This document shows positions 27,301-40,215 of a stretch of 64,000 nucleotides of DNA, piece after piece. How positions within the stretch are numbered: the first letter of the stretch is position 1; each line of letters starts with the position of its first letter. The notes under the pieces were generated by a model that saw nothing but the letters and a program-made list of their open reading frames with translations, ran no database searches and had not been told where the DNA came from. Origin of the DNA: Priapulus caudatus (lineage: Eukaryota); NCBI RefSeq assembly GCF_000485595.1, contig NW_014577073.1, positions 544,816 through 608,815 on the forward strand, written 5' to 3'. The position numbers were made by a program, and so were the translations under genes.

Positions 27301-27462
27301 ATAAAAATATAAATATACGTGTGTGTGTGTGTGTGAGAGAGAGAGAGTGAGTGTGAGTGTGAGTGTGAGTGTGTTTGAATGAATATATTCAAAAATATTA
27401 CATCTATATTTCACTTCTTGTAGAATTACGAGTACACCAGTAGCACCTATTTTGGAGAGACA

Positions 27463-27526
<64 letters not shown>

Positions 27527-30500
27527 CCCGAGATGGCTAAAGCTAAAGAAGAGCAGCCAAAACTGAGGAAGAACAGAGAATAAGAGTGAGAATGAGAGAT
27601 CGAAAGAGATGGGGAGAGAGAAACGCAAGAGAGACGTACCAACGTATACCTCGCCGATCTTCTTCATGACTAGATTAGTGGAAGTGCGGGTGGCCAGGGG
27701 GGCCTGCCAGCAAACTCCACCTAACAATCGACAGCAGCTTGAAGAACGGCTGACTGTCGTCGTGATTCAGCTTTATGTAGTCATCGCTGAACAGCATCGA
27801 AACAACCTGAAATTTAATCGAATAGTTTAATTAATCTTAAAATTAAAATAAAAAATTTATTTGAATTTAATACGGGAAAACATTTTAATTGATAAATCTT
27901 CAAATAAGATTTAATTTAATTATTGAGTGACCCAAGACACGTAGACACTTAATAAACAAACAGGACAATGGTGACCGAGTTGGTCAAAGGTTGGACAATG
28001 ATTGTCAGATAACCATCTATTTGGAGCAGAATGTTAAAAAGTTGGCTATGTATTTATTGCCTTACATATCTGGAGTATAACTTAAGTACATGGATATAAC
28101 ATTAGTTATTCACCTATCTACCGTGTAAAGTTACCACGTGCAAACAATACAGCATTAATAAAAAACACACATCACCAGGAGTGAATAAAAAAGAACTGTT
28201 TTTTACTTCTGCTATCACGAACAAAAGTACTTAAAACCGACAGTGGTGCTAAATAAATGTGTACACAACAGGCCAGTATTTTTTATGAAGCGTTAACTGA
28301 CACCCCAACTTAGTATTAACCAAGGTTACAGAGCAGACCAATCACTTGCTAATCAAATTGTTGGCATCATATCTGACAGTGTTTACCATCGCCGGAAATG
28401 AAAAAAGACGCCAACAATACCACATTCACAAGCAGTTAGCACTCACATGGCATTGCCAAGCTGTCGTTCCTCGACACAAGCTGAATATGAATTACAAGAG
28501 GCCTTGTAAGGTTGATGATGTCTCTGAAGCTGTGGCAGAGGAAGGAGAGCCCTGCCAAATCCAAAAAAAGAGAAACAGCGTTTTGTGGCATTGCAGATAT
28601 GTGGCACGCAGCCTAACAGTACAGTCACTATGCCCTGTGTTGTTTATCACAAGCAATGAACAACTAATATAATAAGATCGCCTGGTGAGACAGAATACTA
28701 TATCTTAGATTTTAAACCAGCTGGAGACCCTGTGTGCTTACTGATGTTCCTATAAGCTGCCGGTGGTTTACAAAAAGGAATTTAAGTGACACTTTGGATT
28801 AAAAGACATAGACTGCCAAGACTTCATACATTCTGCATCTATCAAAGCGTTTTAGTACTGTCCAGCTGTAGTGGCAGAAAAATTACTTGATTCACAAATA
28901 AGTGGGACTAGTGTTGTAACACTAATCCTTACCTAAGCCATAAGCCATAGACCAGTAGTATCTCTACTTGACACTTAAACCTATCTAACCTAAACCTACC
29001 CATACACTCTGGTAATCATCAGCGTGTTTTTTAAGCGTGAACCTAACCTAACTACCCCAACAAAGCAAATGCTAAATCTAACACTAATGAAACTGCACCC
29101 AATTACCCATACTTAATCCCAATTACTAAGCACTAACATAACCCCAGCCTCTCATCCTAACTGACTAACAACTAACCTAAACCAACCCTCAGCCCCTCAT
29201 CCCTAACAACTAAACAACACTAACAGTAAACCTAACCTCCAGCCTCCTAACTCTAACCCATAACCCTAACTTACTCTAACCTTGACCCCAACACTAACTT
29301 TCAAACCTCACCCCAGCCCCTCATACTAACAACTAACTACTGAGCAGTAAACCTAAAACTCCAGCCTCCTATCTGCGAACCCTAAACCCAAACTACCTAC
29401 CTTGACACCCCAACACTAACCTAAAGCTAACCCCCGCCCCTCATACTAACAACTAACCTAAACCTAACCTCAGCCCCTCATACTAACAACTAACAACTAA
29501 CAGTAAACTAACTTCCAGCTTCCTCATCTAACTCTAACCCTACCCAAACTTACTCTACTTGACCCCACACTACCTAAAGCCTAACTCCCCCCCATACTAA
29601 CAATCTAAACCTAAGGCCTCGACCAACCCTCATGCCGTAACCCAAACTTACTCTAACCTTGACCCCAACACTAACCTAAACCTAACCCCCACTCCTCATA
29701 CTAACAACTAACCTAAGCCTCACCCCAGCCCTCAGCCTAACCCAAACTTACTCTAACCTTGACCCCAACACTAACCTAAACCTAACACCCGCCCCTCATA
29801 CTAACAACTAACCTAAGCCTCACCCCAGTCCTCATCCTAACCCAAACTTACTCTAACCTTGACCCCAACACTAACCTAAGCCTCACCCCAGCCCTCATCC
29901 TAACCCAAACTTACTCTAACCTTGACCCCAACACTAACCTAAGCCTCACCCCAGCCCTCATCCTAACCCTAACCCAAACCTAGCCTTAACCCCAACACTA
30001 ACCTAAACCTAACCGCAGCATCCTCATACCCTGCGGGGCAGGGACGACTCACCTTGCCGCCGGTGAGCTGAAAGTAGTCGCGCTCGGACAGGGCGAGGCC
30101 GCGCTCCTGCCGCGACTTCTCGACGAGCAGCGCGATGAGAGAGATCATCTTCTCGAGTGACGTCGGTCGATACTTCTCCTCCGTCAGCGCGATGATGTCG
30201 TCGTCCTCCTCCTCGTCGTCGTCCGACACCACCTCCACCTGCGCGGCGAGGGAGGAGAGGGAGGAGAGGGGGTGAGATGCGAGGAGGAGGTGATAGCACA
30301 CGCAGAGATGCCTATTCGTCGCCCGCAGCGTGACCCACGACGATTACCTATACTCCAAATTGAGATGTCTTGGTTGCCGTTGCTCTACATACACTCTACA
30401 GACTTACCGACGTGACTTGCTCGAGACTCTCTTCATCTAATTTCTCGTCACGTTCAAAGCGAAATGAATAATCAGTCGTGTGGCAGACAGGGCGGTTACA

Positions 30501-33500
30501 TAGACACATATAAAGCTAAGTGAATAGTCAGTCATGTGAGAGACTGAGTACTTGTGCAGCCACCTTCAAAGCTAAATAGATAACCAGTTATGTGAGAAAC
30601 TAGGCCCATGAGAAACCCACCTCAAAGCTACATCAATAGTCTTGCAAAAGACATAGAGAGAGAGAGACAGAGAGGAAGATGGTAGAGCTAAAGAAGAGAG
30701 TAAAACTGAGGAAGAACAGAGGATAAGAGTGAGAATGAGAGATCGAGAGAGAGATGGGGAGAAAGAAATGAAGAGAGACGTAGCCACGTATACCTCGCCG
30801 ATCTTCTTCATGACTAGATTAGTGAAGTGCGGGTGGCCGGGGGGGCCTCCAGCAAACTCCACCAACATCGACAGCAGCTTGAAGAACGGCTGACTGTCGT
30901 CGTGATTCAGCTTTATGATCGAGCTGAACAGCATCGAAACAACCTGAAATTTAATCGAATAGTTTTAATTAATCTTAAAATTAAAATAAAAAATTTATTG
31001 GAATTTTAATACGGGAAAACATTTTAATTGATAAATCTTCAAATAAGATTTAATTTAATTATTGAGGTGACCCAAGACACGTAGACACTTAATAACAAAC
31101 AGGACAATGTGACCAGGTTGGTCAAAGGTTGGACAATTGATTGTCAGATAACCATCTTATTTGGAGCAGAATGTTAAAAAGTTGGCTATGTATTTATTGC
31201 TTACATATCTGGAGTATAACTTAAGTACTGGATATAACATTAGTTATTCACCTATCCACCGTGTAAAGTTACGACGTGCCAACAATACACATTTAATAAG
31301 AAAACACATCACCAGGAGTGAATAAAAAAGAACTGTTTTTTTACTTCTGCTATCACGAACAAAAGTACTTAAAAACCGACAGTGGTGCTAAATAAATGTG
31401 TACACAACAGGCCAGTATTTTTTAGGAAGCGTAACTGACACCCGCAACTAGTATTAACAAGGTATACAGAGCAGACCAATCACTTGCTGATCAAATTGTT
31501 GGATATATTTACATGTGTTTACCATCGGTCCGGAAATGAAAAAAGACAGCAACAATACCACATCACAGGTTAGCACTCACATGCATTGCCAGGCTGTCGT
31601 TCCATCGACACAGGCTGAATATGAGATTACAAGAGGCCTTTAAGTTGATGATGTCTCTGATCTGGTGGTAGAGGAAGGGCAGACCCTGCAAATCAAAAAG
31701 GGGAAAACACGTTTTGCATTGCAGATATGTGCACGCAGCTAACAGTAGTCACGATGCCCTTGTGTTTTTATCACAAGCAATGAACAACTAATACTATAAG
31801 ATCGCACTGGTGAGAAAATAATACTATATGCTTAATTTAAAACCAAGCTGGAGACCCTGTGTGTTTACTGATGTTCCTATAAGCTGCGTGTGTTTTACAA
31901 AAAGGAATTAGTGACACTTTGGATTAAAAGACATGACTGCCAAGACTTCATACATTCTGCATGCTATCAAACGTTTAGTATGTCCAGTGTAGTGGGCAGA
32001 AATTATTGATTCACAGAAATGGATATGTTTTAACACTAATCCTTAACCTAACCATAGCCATAGCCATAGTTCTTACCTTGAACTTAAACCTACTCTAACC
32101 TAACCCTGACCATACACTTAATCTCAGCTGTCTTTTTAACGTGAACACTAACCAAACCTACCCCTAAGTAACCCAAGCCAAATGCTAAATCTAACACTAA
32201 TGAAACTGAACCCCAACTTACCCATACCTTAATCCCAATACTAACCTAAACATAACCCCAGCCCCTCATCCTAACTACTAACAACTAACCTAAACCAACC
32301 CTCAGCCCCTCATCCTAACAACTAACAACTAACAGTAAACCTAACTCCAGCTTCCTCATCCTAACTCTAACCCTAACCCAAACTTACTCTAACCTTGACC
32401 CCAACACTAACCTAAAGCTAACCCCTGCCCCACATACTAACAACTAACCTAAACCTCACCCCCGCCCCTCATACTAACAACTAACAACTAACAGTAAACC
32501 TAACTCCAGCTTCCTAACCCTAACTCTAACTCTAACCCAAACTTACTCTAACCTTGACCCCAACACTAACCTAAACCTAACCCCCACCCCTCATACTAAC
32601 AACTAACCTAAACCAACCCTCAGCCCCTCATCCTAACAACTAACAACTAACAGTAAACCTAACTCCAGCTTCCTAACCCTAACTCTAACCCTAACCCAAA
32701 CTTACTCTAACCTTGACCCCAACACTAACCTAAACCTAACCCCCACTCCTCATACTAACAACTAACCTAAACCAACCCTCAGCCCCTCATCCTAACAACT
32801 AACAACTAACAGTAAACCTAACTCCAGCCTCCTNNNNNNNNNNAATATAACCTAAACATAACCCCCAGCCTCTCATCCTAAACTACTAACAACTATAACC
32901 TAAACCAACCTCAGCCCCTCATCTAACAACTATACAACTAACAGTAACCTAACTCCAGCCTCCTAGACTCTTACCCTAACCCTAATTACTCTACTTTGAC
33001 CCCAACACTAACTTAAAACCTCACCCCAGCCCCTCATACTAACAAACTAACTACTGACAGTAAACCTAACTCCAGCCTCCTATCTCTACCCTAACCAAAA
33101 CTTACTTCTAGCCCTTGCAACCAACATAACCTAAAAAGTCTAACCCCCGCCCTCATACTACAACTAACTCTAACCTTAACCTCAGCCCTCATACTAACAC
33201 TAAGCAACTACAGTAAACCTTATACTCCAGCTTCCTCATCCTATACTCTAACCCTAATACCCAAACTTACTCTAACCTTGACCCAACAACTAACCTAAAG
33301 GCTAACCCCCACCGCCCCTCATACTAACAAACTAACCTAAGCTCACCCCAACCCTCATCCTAACCCAAACTTACTTCTAACCTTGACCCCACACTAACCT
33401 AAACCTCACCCCCGCGCCCTCATACTTAAACAACTAAACAACTAACAGTAAACCTAGACTCCAGCTTCCTCATCCTAACCTCTTAACCCTAATCCAAACT

Positions 33501-36500
33501 TACTCTAACGCTTGACCCAACACAAAACTAAACCTAACCCCCCCCCCCTCATTACTAAAACTAACTAAGCCTCACCCAACGGCCTCATCCTAACCCAAAC
33601 TTACTCTTACCTTGACCCCACATTACACCTAAACCTAAACACCCGCCCCTGCATACAACAACTAACCTATAAGCCTCACCCCAGCCTGCATCACGTAACC
33701 CAAACTTACTCTAACCTTGACCCCAACACTAAACCTAGCCTCCCCCAGCCCTCATCTAACCCTAACCAACCTAGCTTAACCCAACATCTAACCTAAACCT
33801 AACCGCAGCATCCTCATACCGCTGCGGGGCAGTGGACGGACTCACCTTCGGCCGGTGAGCTGGAAGTAGATCGCCTGCTCGGACAGGGCGAGGCCGCGCT
33901 CCTGCCGCGACTTCTCGACTGAGCAGCCGCGATGAGAGAGTCATCTTCTCGAGCGACGTCGGTCGGTACTTCTCCTCCGTCAGGGCGATGATGTCGTCGT
34001 CCTCCTCCTCGTCGTCGTCCGACACCACCTTCACCTGCGCGGCGAAAGAGGAGAGGGAGGAGAGGGGGTGAGATGCGAGGAGGAGATGATAGCGCACACA
34101 GAGATGCCTATTACCTATACTCCAAATTGAGATGTCTTGGTTTGCCGTTGCTCTACATACACTCTACAGACTTACCGACGTGACTTGCTCGAGACTCTCT
34201 TCATCTGAATTTCTCGTCACGTTTCAAAGCGAAATGAATAATCAGTCGTGTGGCAGACTAGGGCAGTTAACATAGACACATATAAAGCTAAGTGAATAGT
34301 CAGTCATGTGAGAGACGAGTACTTTGTGTAGCCACCTTCAAGCTAATAGATAACCAGTTATGTGAGAAACTAGGCCCATGAGAAACCCACCTCAAAGCTA
34401 CATCAATAGTCTTGCAAAAGACACGGGTGCTTACGTAGAGATGTTTAATACTACAAGAGTAGCCATGTAGGTACAAGACATGGGTGCATACCAGACATGT
34501 TTAATACTACATGAGTAGCCATGTATGATGTACAAGACATGGTGCATTACACACGACATGTTTAAATACTACAAGAGTAGCCATGTATGTACAAGACATG
34601 GGTGCATACACAGACAGTTTAATACTACAAGAGTAGCCATGTATGTACAAGACATGGCGTGCATACACAGACATTTTAATACTACAAGAGTAGCAATGTA
34701 TGTACAATAGATTGGGTGCATACACAGACATGTGAATACTACAAGAGTAGCCATGTATGTACAAGACATGGGTGCCATACACAGACATGTTTAATACTAC
34801 AAGAGCAGCCATGTATGTACAAGGACATGGGTGCATACACAGACATGTTTAATACTACAAGAGTAGCCATGTATGTACAAGACATGGGTGCATACACAGA
34901 CATGTTTAATTACTACAATGAGTAGCCATGTATGTACAGGACATGGGTGCATACACAGACAATGTTTAATACTACAAGCAGTACCATGTATGTACAGGAC
35001 ATGGGCGCATACACAGACATGTTTAATACTACAAGAGTAGCCATGTATGTACACAAAGACTATGGGTGCATACACAGACATGTTTAATACTACAAGAGTA
35101 GCCATGTATGTACAAGACATGGGTGCATACACAGACATGTTTAATACTACAAGAGTAGCCATGTATGTACAAGACATGGTGCATACACAGACATGTTTAA
35201 TACTACAAGAGTAGCATGTATGTACAAGACATGGGTGCATACACAGACATTTTAATACTATACAAGAGTAGCCATGTATGTACAAGACATGGGTGCATAC
35301 ACAGACATGTTAAAAACTAAACGAATAATCGTGTCACTCGTGTGTATGAGAAATATGCACGCATTTTTAAACGTCTAAGCGAACGGTGGCGCGTGCGTGC
35401 GCGAGACTCGGGTGCTTACGTATTCGTGGTCCTTGGTGCCGAGGTAGAACTCGATCATCGTCGAGATGGCGCGCATGCGGTTGAGAAACTCGCACTCCTC
35501 GCCACCCATCTTCGCGATGTCGAGGAAGAAGACGAAGAACTCGGCGAGATGCTTGCTGTGCGGCTTGCAGTGGTGCGCTCCGTGCGAGATCTGCAGCAGC
35601 GCGCCGTCGTCACGACGACGGCGGGACGAGCGGAGCTTCGTTAGCAATTAGTGTGACTGACGCGTCCGAACCATCATTTAGAGGTTTCTGACTTGCAGTT
35701 ATCAGAGTCTCAGTGACTAGCATGTTTTTTAGAGGGGAGGGTAATAATTAATTGGATTTTATGGACAGGTGTATAAATGCAATTAACTGATCAATATTTA
35801 AAGATCGTTACGAGTCTCATGGCGAACAAAAATTAATTTGAAGGTGGTAGTTGAGTATGGTACTGTCACAGAAATGGTATTGAACTGCATAAGCTTCAAA
35901 TGTAGCTTGGATGGGAAATGTGAATCCAAACTTACCAAAGACAGAAGCATTTTTACAAAACGTGTTACGCAGGACAAGTTGCCCATATCTCCCTCTTTAC
36001 CATCGTCTAGTCCTCTGAAAAAGCAACCATCACCTTTTATACCCCTACTGTTCGAATACAATACACTACCCCTATCACATAAGATGACCTGAAACAGTAA
36101 CACTATGTTTACATATACTTGTATTTAAGAACACATGTAATATTAAAACACTCACTTTGCACATTCACAATACATACTGCAGAAACTTAAATATAACCAG
36201 AGATGCAGAAAATCGTTCTGCGAATATCAAGAATCGCAGACACATGGATTTACGAAGCTGTCAGTCATGCGCATCGGTCACTTACGTGTACGAACAATTC
36301 ACACGGTTTGCAACATACCTGCCACTTTTGAGATAGAGAGCATGGTGACTCGGCCGCAACTGGTTGATCACATGAATGCACAACCTGTGAAACATCTGCG
36401 GATAGCGAGAGAGAGAACAGTAAATCAAGTCCTACTCATTCTCTACATCTCTCCTTCTCCCTCTCCATTTCTATTCCCATCGGTATCTTTACCCTCCATC

Positions 36501-39500
36501 TCTCTCTTCATCACCCACTAATTCTGTCTCTGTTGCTTACTCTGTTGTATATATTGCAACTCTCGCAAGTCCTTTCTCTCACGAGGCAAAAAGAACAATT
36601 ACTTTAGCCTAGTCTTCAACGCACACACACCAGTACTGATGCCTTCCTTGCAAATCTTCAGGACCATCTAACGAAATTTTCTTGAGATTTGCTTTTAACC
36701 TCAATTACTCGCAGCCATCTTGTGAACATGTCATATCCAAGTATGCAACATCGTGTCGCGCAAATTTCACGAGACGTTGAGAACTTGCGAAAAAGATGTG
36801 CCGACGAAAGAAGAGATACATCACGTACCTGTCTGACTACTTGATTGGGACACTTTATAAGTATCTGCACTGGCCACCACTGGTCGTCTGCCATATGTCC
36901 CAGGAACCACTGCAATAGAACACCAATGGCATAAACTCTCAAGATCCATAAACACTGCATCACGTTTCAACAACTCATGGCGGTTCTACTTGAATCTAAC
37001 GCTGTCGATAAATGCCCATTAGTAGTGCTCAGTGCTCGGTACGAATTATCCATTCAATGTGATAATTAGAGGGATTAAACTGAACAAAAACCCGTTATGA
37101 CAGCTTAACAGTGTGCTACAGCAACAATTATTGTATGTAGAATCTGTATTGTTACATGCAATCTCCTGCTCTAACGTTTACTCCTGCTAACGATTTAATC
37201 TAATTGTACGCTTTTTCAATTGTGTTTTGTTGCCAAATCAGTGTATGTTCATGTCTTGATGGTTTGAGTCAGATTCATAGGTAGATATTACTTGGATGAA
37301 GGCAATGAGTTAGACTTGCACCAGCTTTATAGCCCCATATCCAGACAAGGCCTTTCTATGACATTATATGAGAACAGAACAGCACACGTGATGCTAGCAT
37401 GGATGGGATGACTGTGACACCTACCTCGCATGATTCATGACTAGCATTAAACTGTTTTGTGAGAAGCTCGATCCACTGCAGCATGGTCGGCTGAAACACA
37501 ACGAAATGAACTAAGTCAGCAACATGTGATTACAACAAGGACACTAGATGTCACCACAAGCAAGGCTAAATAGGGCCCGACTAAATATCATAATGATATT
37601 AAATAGAACATTGAATATAGAAATATTGAAAATAGAATATTGAAATTAGAATAGAATTCGAATAAACTATTGACCTGCTCTACGTTCAATCAGATCATGT
37701 GAACACATCCAGTTATTTATTTTCAATAATTCATGGTACAGTCAGGTCCATCATTTTGCAAGTCTGCTACTTCCATAAGTTTGATGTCACACATATAGAC
37801 TAAATCAAATTTAATAGTGTTACAATAAACTAGTTGGTGTTAGATTAATTCTGGGAGTGTATTTTGACATTAGATATCAGAGTAATCTAGTTGTGATTTT
37901 CAACATAATTGTACTATTGTTTGTAGCATAATTGTAGCATTTAAATTGTAATTGTAACAACCATGTGTTTGCTATCTCATTTCAAATCTGTTTAACAAAC
38001 CTTTTCCTTTGAATGGAGCAGAGTCTCTAGTACAAACGATGTGCTGAGCTGACAGGACATCAGTGAGACCTCACTGGGGTCAGGAAGAGTCATCGGTATA
38101 TACCCACATAGCTGCCACATAAACCTGTAACAAGAAAGCAGCAAAATACTGAAACCATCACGCTGAAAGACAGTTACACTTGTATGTTGTTATTCATTAC
38201 TCTATTTATGAAATATAAGGGACAGACATTTTCTTGTTTGAAGCTTTATTTATCAATTAACAGACTATATTCCCTAGCATTCAGAAAAGATAATATCAAT
38301 ATCAAATATAGCTTTAATAAAAAAATAATTAACCTACCCAAAGTATGTGTGATCGAAGATGTTTTTATCCTGCAAGAACTGTGTGTTGTCCTTCCAGATC
38401 CACTGCAACAGAGAAACGTTGCTAAGTACACTTATGTATAACTAAATACTATATTATTTCGCACACTAAAATATGTGCGATGAAATGAGCAAAACATAAC
38501 CAGTAATTTAGAAAGCAGTAACAATGATATGGTAAATTAAAGTAACAAATTGTAAGCATTCTACTTATAAATAAAATTATTTCTAGAATGAGGTTGTTCT
38601 TACTACTAATCTCGTTGGCGAATAACCGTTTACAATAAGGTTTAAATCTTTATTTTAAATTTTTACACCCACTTGTGAAAGCTCTTCGGAGAGGTCAAAG
38701 GTTGGCAGAGTGACTGGCTTCTCTGATAGGAGGCTATCTGATGGCCTCTTGTTGTCGCATCGCTCATAGAACAACATGTAGGCACTGTTGGTCTGTAGCA
38801 ACATCAAAACTACATGTTAGAATTCTCACGTTCACGTGGCATTAATTTTATAGAAAGAACTTCCACGTGAAACTATTCTAACAACAAGTTACCTATCAGG
38901 ACATGATAAATGTAAAAAAATGCCTGTCATTAAAAACGTGCAATAATTTGCATCTTCAGAATACATCACAACATCATCTCTGTTCATTCAAATCCCCACC
39001 GGTTCATAGTAATGCAAATAACATGAAACAGTTCATTCTTGACTGACAAAATTTGAAGTTCGATGAAAAAAAAGATGTGGATAATTCTTGCCGAAGCTTT
39101 CACTGACCTCGCTCTTAGCCCTCACCAATACGAAATAATCTAGTTTCGTTTAACGCAAAACGAGTTACGCCAGGAAAAAAATTCCTGTTCATTCCAACGA
39201 CTCACCTTTTCAAACGAAAAGTCCATGAACTTGTCATTCACGGAATCATACGTCTTGCTCTGTGGAACAGCAAATCGTAGCATTACGAGCATTAGCATTG
39301 ACTAGCAGCACCAGCGTCTGCCATGTATAACACGATTGCAAAGATTCACTTCATCGCATTCACCGCACACTCACAAATCTGCACGGCCGGCAATATACAT
39401 CCTGTGCTATACGGAAACAATGAACGTTTAACCACCTTTCAATCAATTTCCGAAAGTGCACACCTATTTTATAAAGATACCTACATTACAGGAACGTGAT

Positions 39501-40090
39501 TACTAACAAGGTAACGAGATGGCCTGACAAGGAAAACAGGGTTTTTTTCTTCTGCACCCAACTTTTTCTAAGAGAATTAACTGCTAAATTACATCGGGTG
39601 TGAGCCGAGGTATAGTCAAGAGTTGATACCTTGCTGCATGATCACTACAGGAATAGATGGAAACTACATGTTTTTGTACTTACAGTCATTTCGCCGCCAA
39701 AGCACTCAGAAGCAATCTGAGCAGGATCGAAGGGCTTCACCTCAGCATCATTGAATAGGTACCTGCCAGGTAAGAGAACACAGGTGATGAGATACACAGA
39801 TGATGAGATACACAGACATTATCAATATTCCACACAATAGAGTAAACACTCAACATAGTGGTTTTGTATACTTGTGTTTTACCCTGGTGATAGTGATAGA
39901 ATGACTCTGTACTATTTTGAGAGCTTAAGCCTAGAATGAAATGTATGTAATTAATGTAGTGTGAGTAATTAAAACCAACACTGAATTGCACTATTCGATT
40001 ATATATCTATGAAATGGATTGGCATTCATTACAATAGTAAATATATTATATCAGGAGTGAATAAAAATCACACCTGAAATATGCATATAT

Positions 40091-40167
<77 letters not shown>

Positions 40168-40178
40168 AAGAGAGGGGC

Positions 40179-40215
<37 letters not shown>

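Noticed and set aside
29100..33803. True telomere or chromosome-fusion site
   Set aside because: Degenerate, single orientation, intronic, with collinear exons on both sides.
34424..35312. Regular repeat arrays (also 8500, 10568, 56890, 59984) as CRISPR-like
   Set aside because: Head-to-tail units with no unique spacers, no cas genes, eukaryotic intron context.
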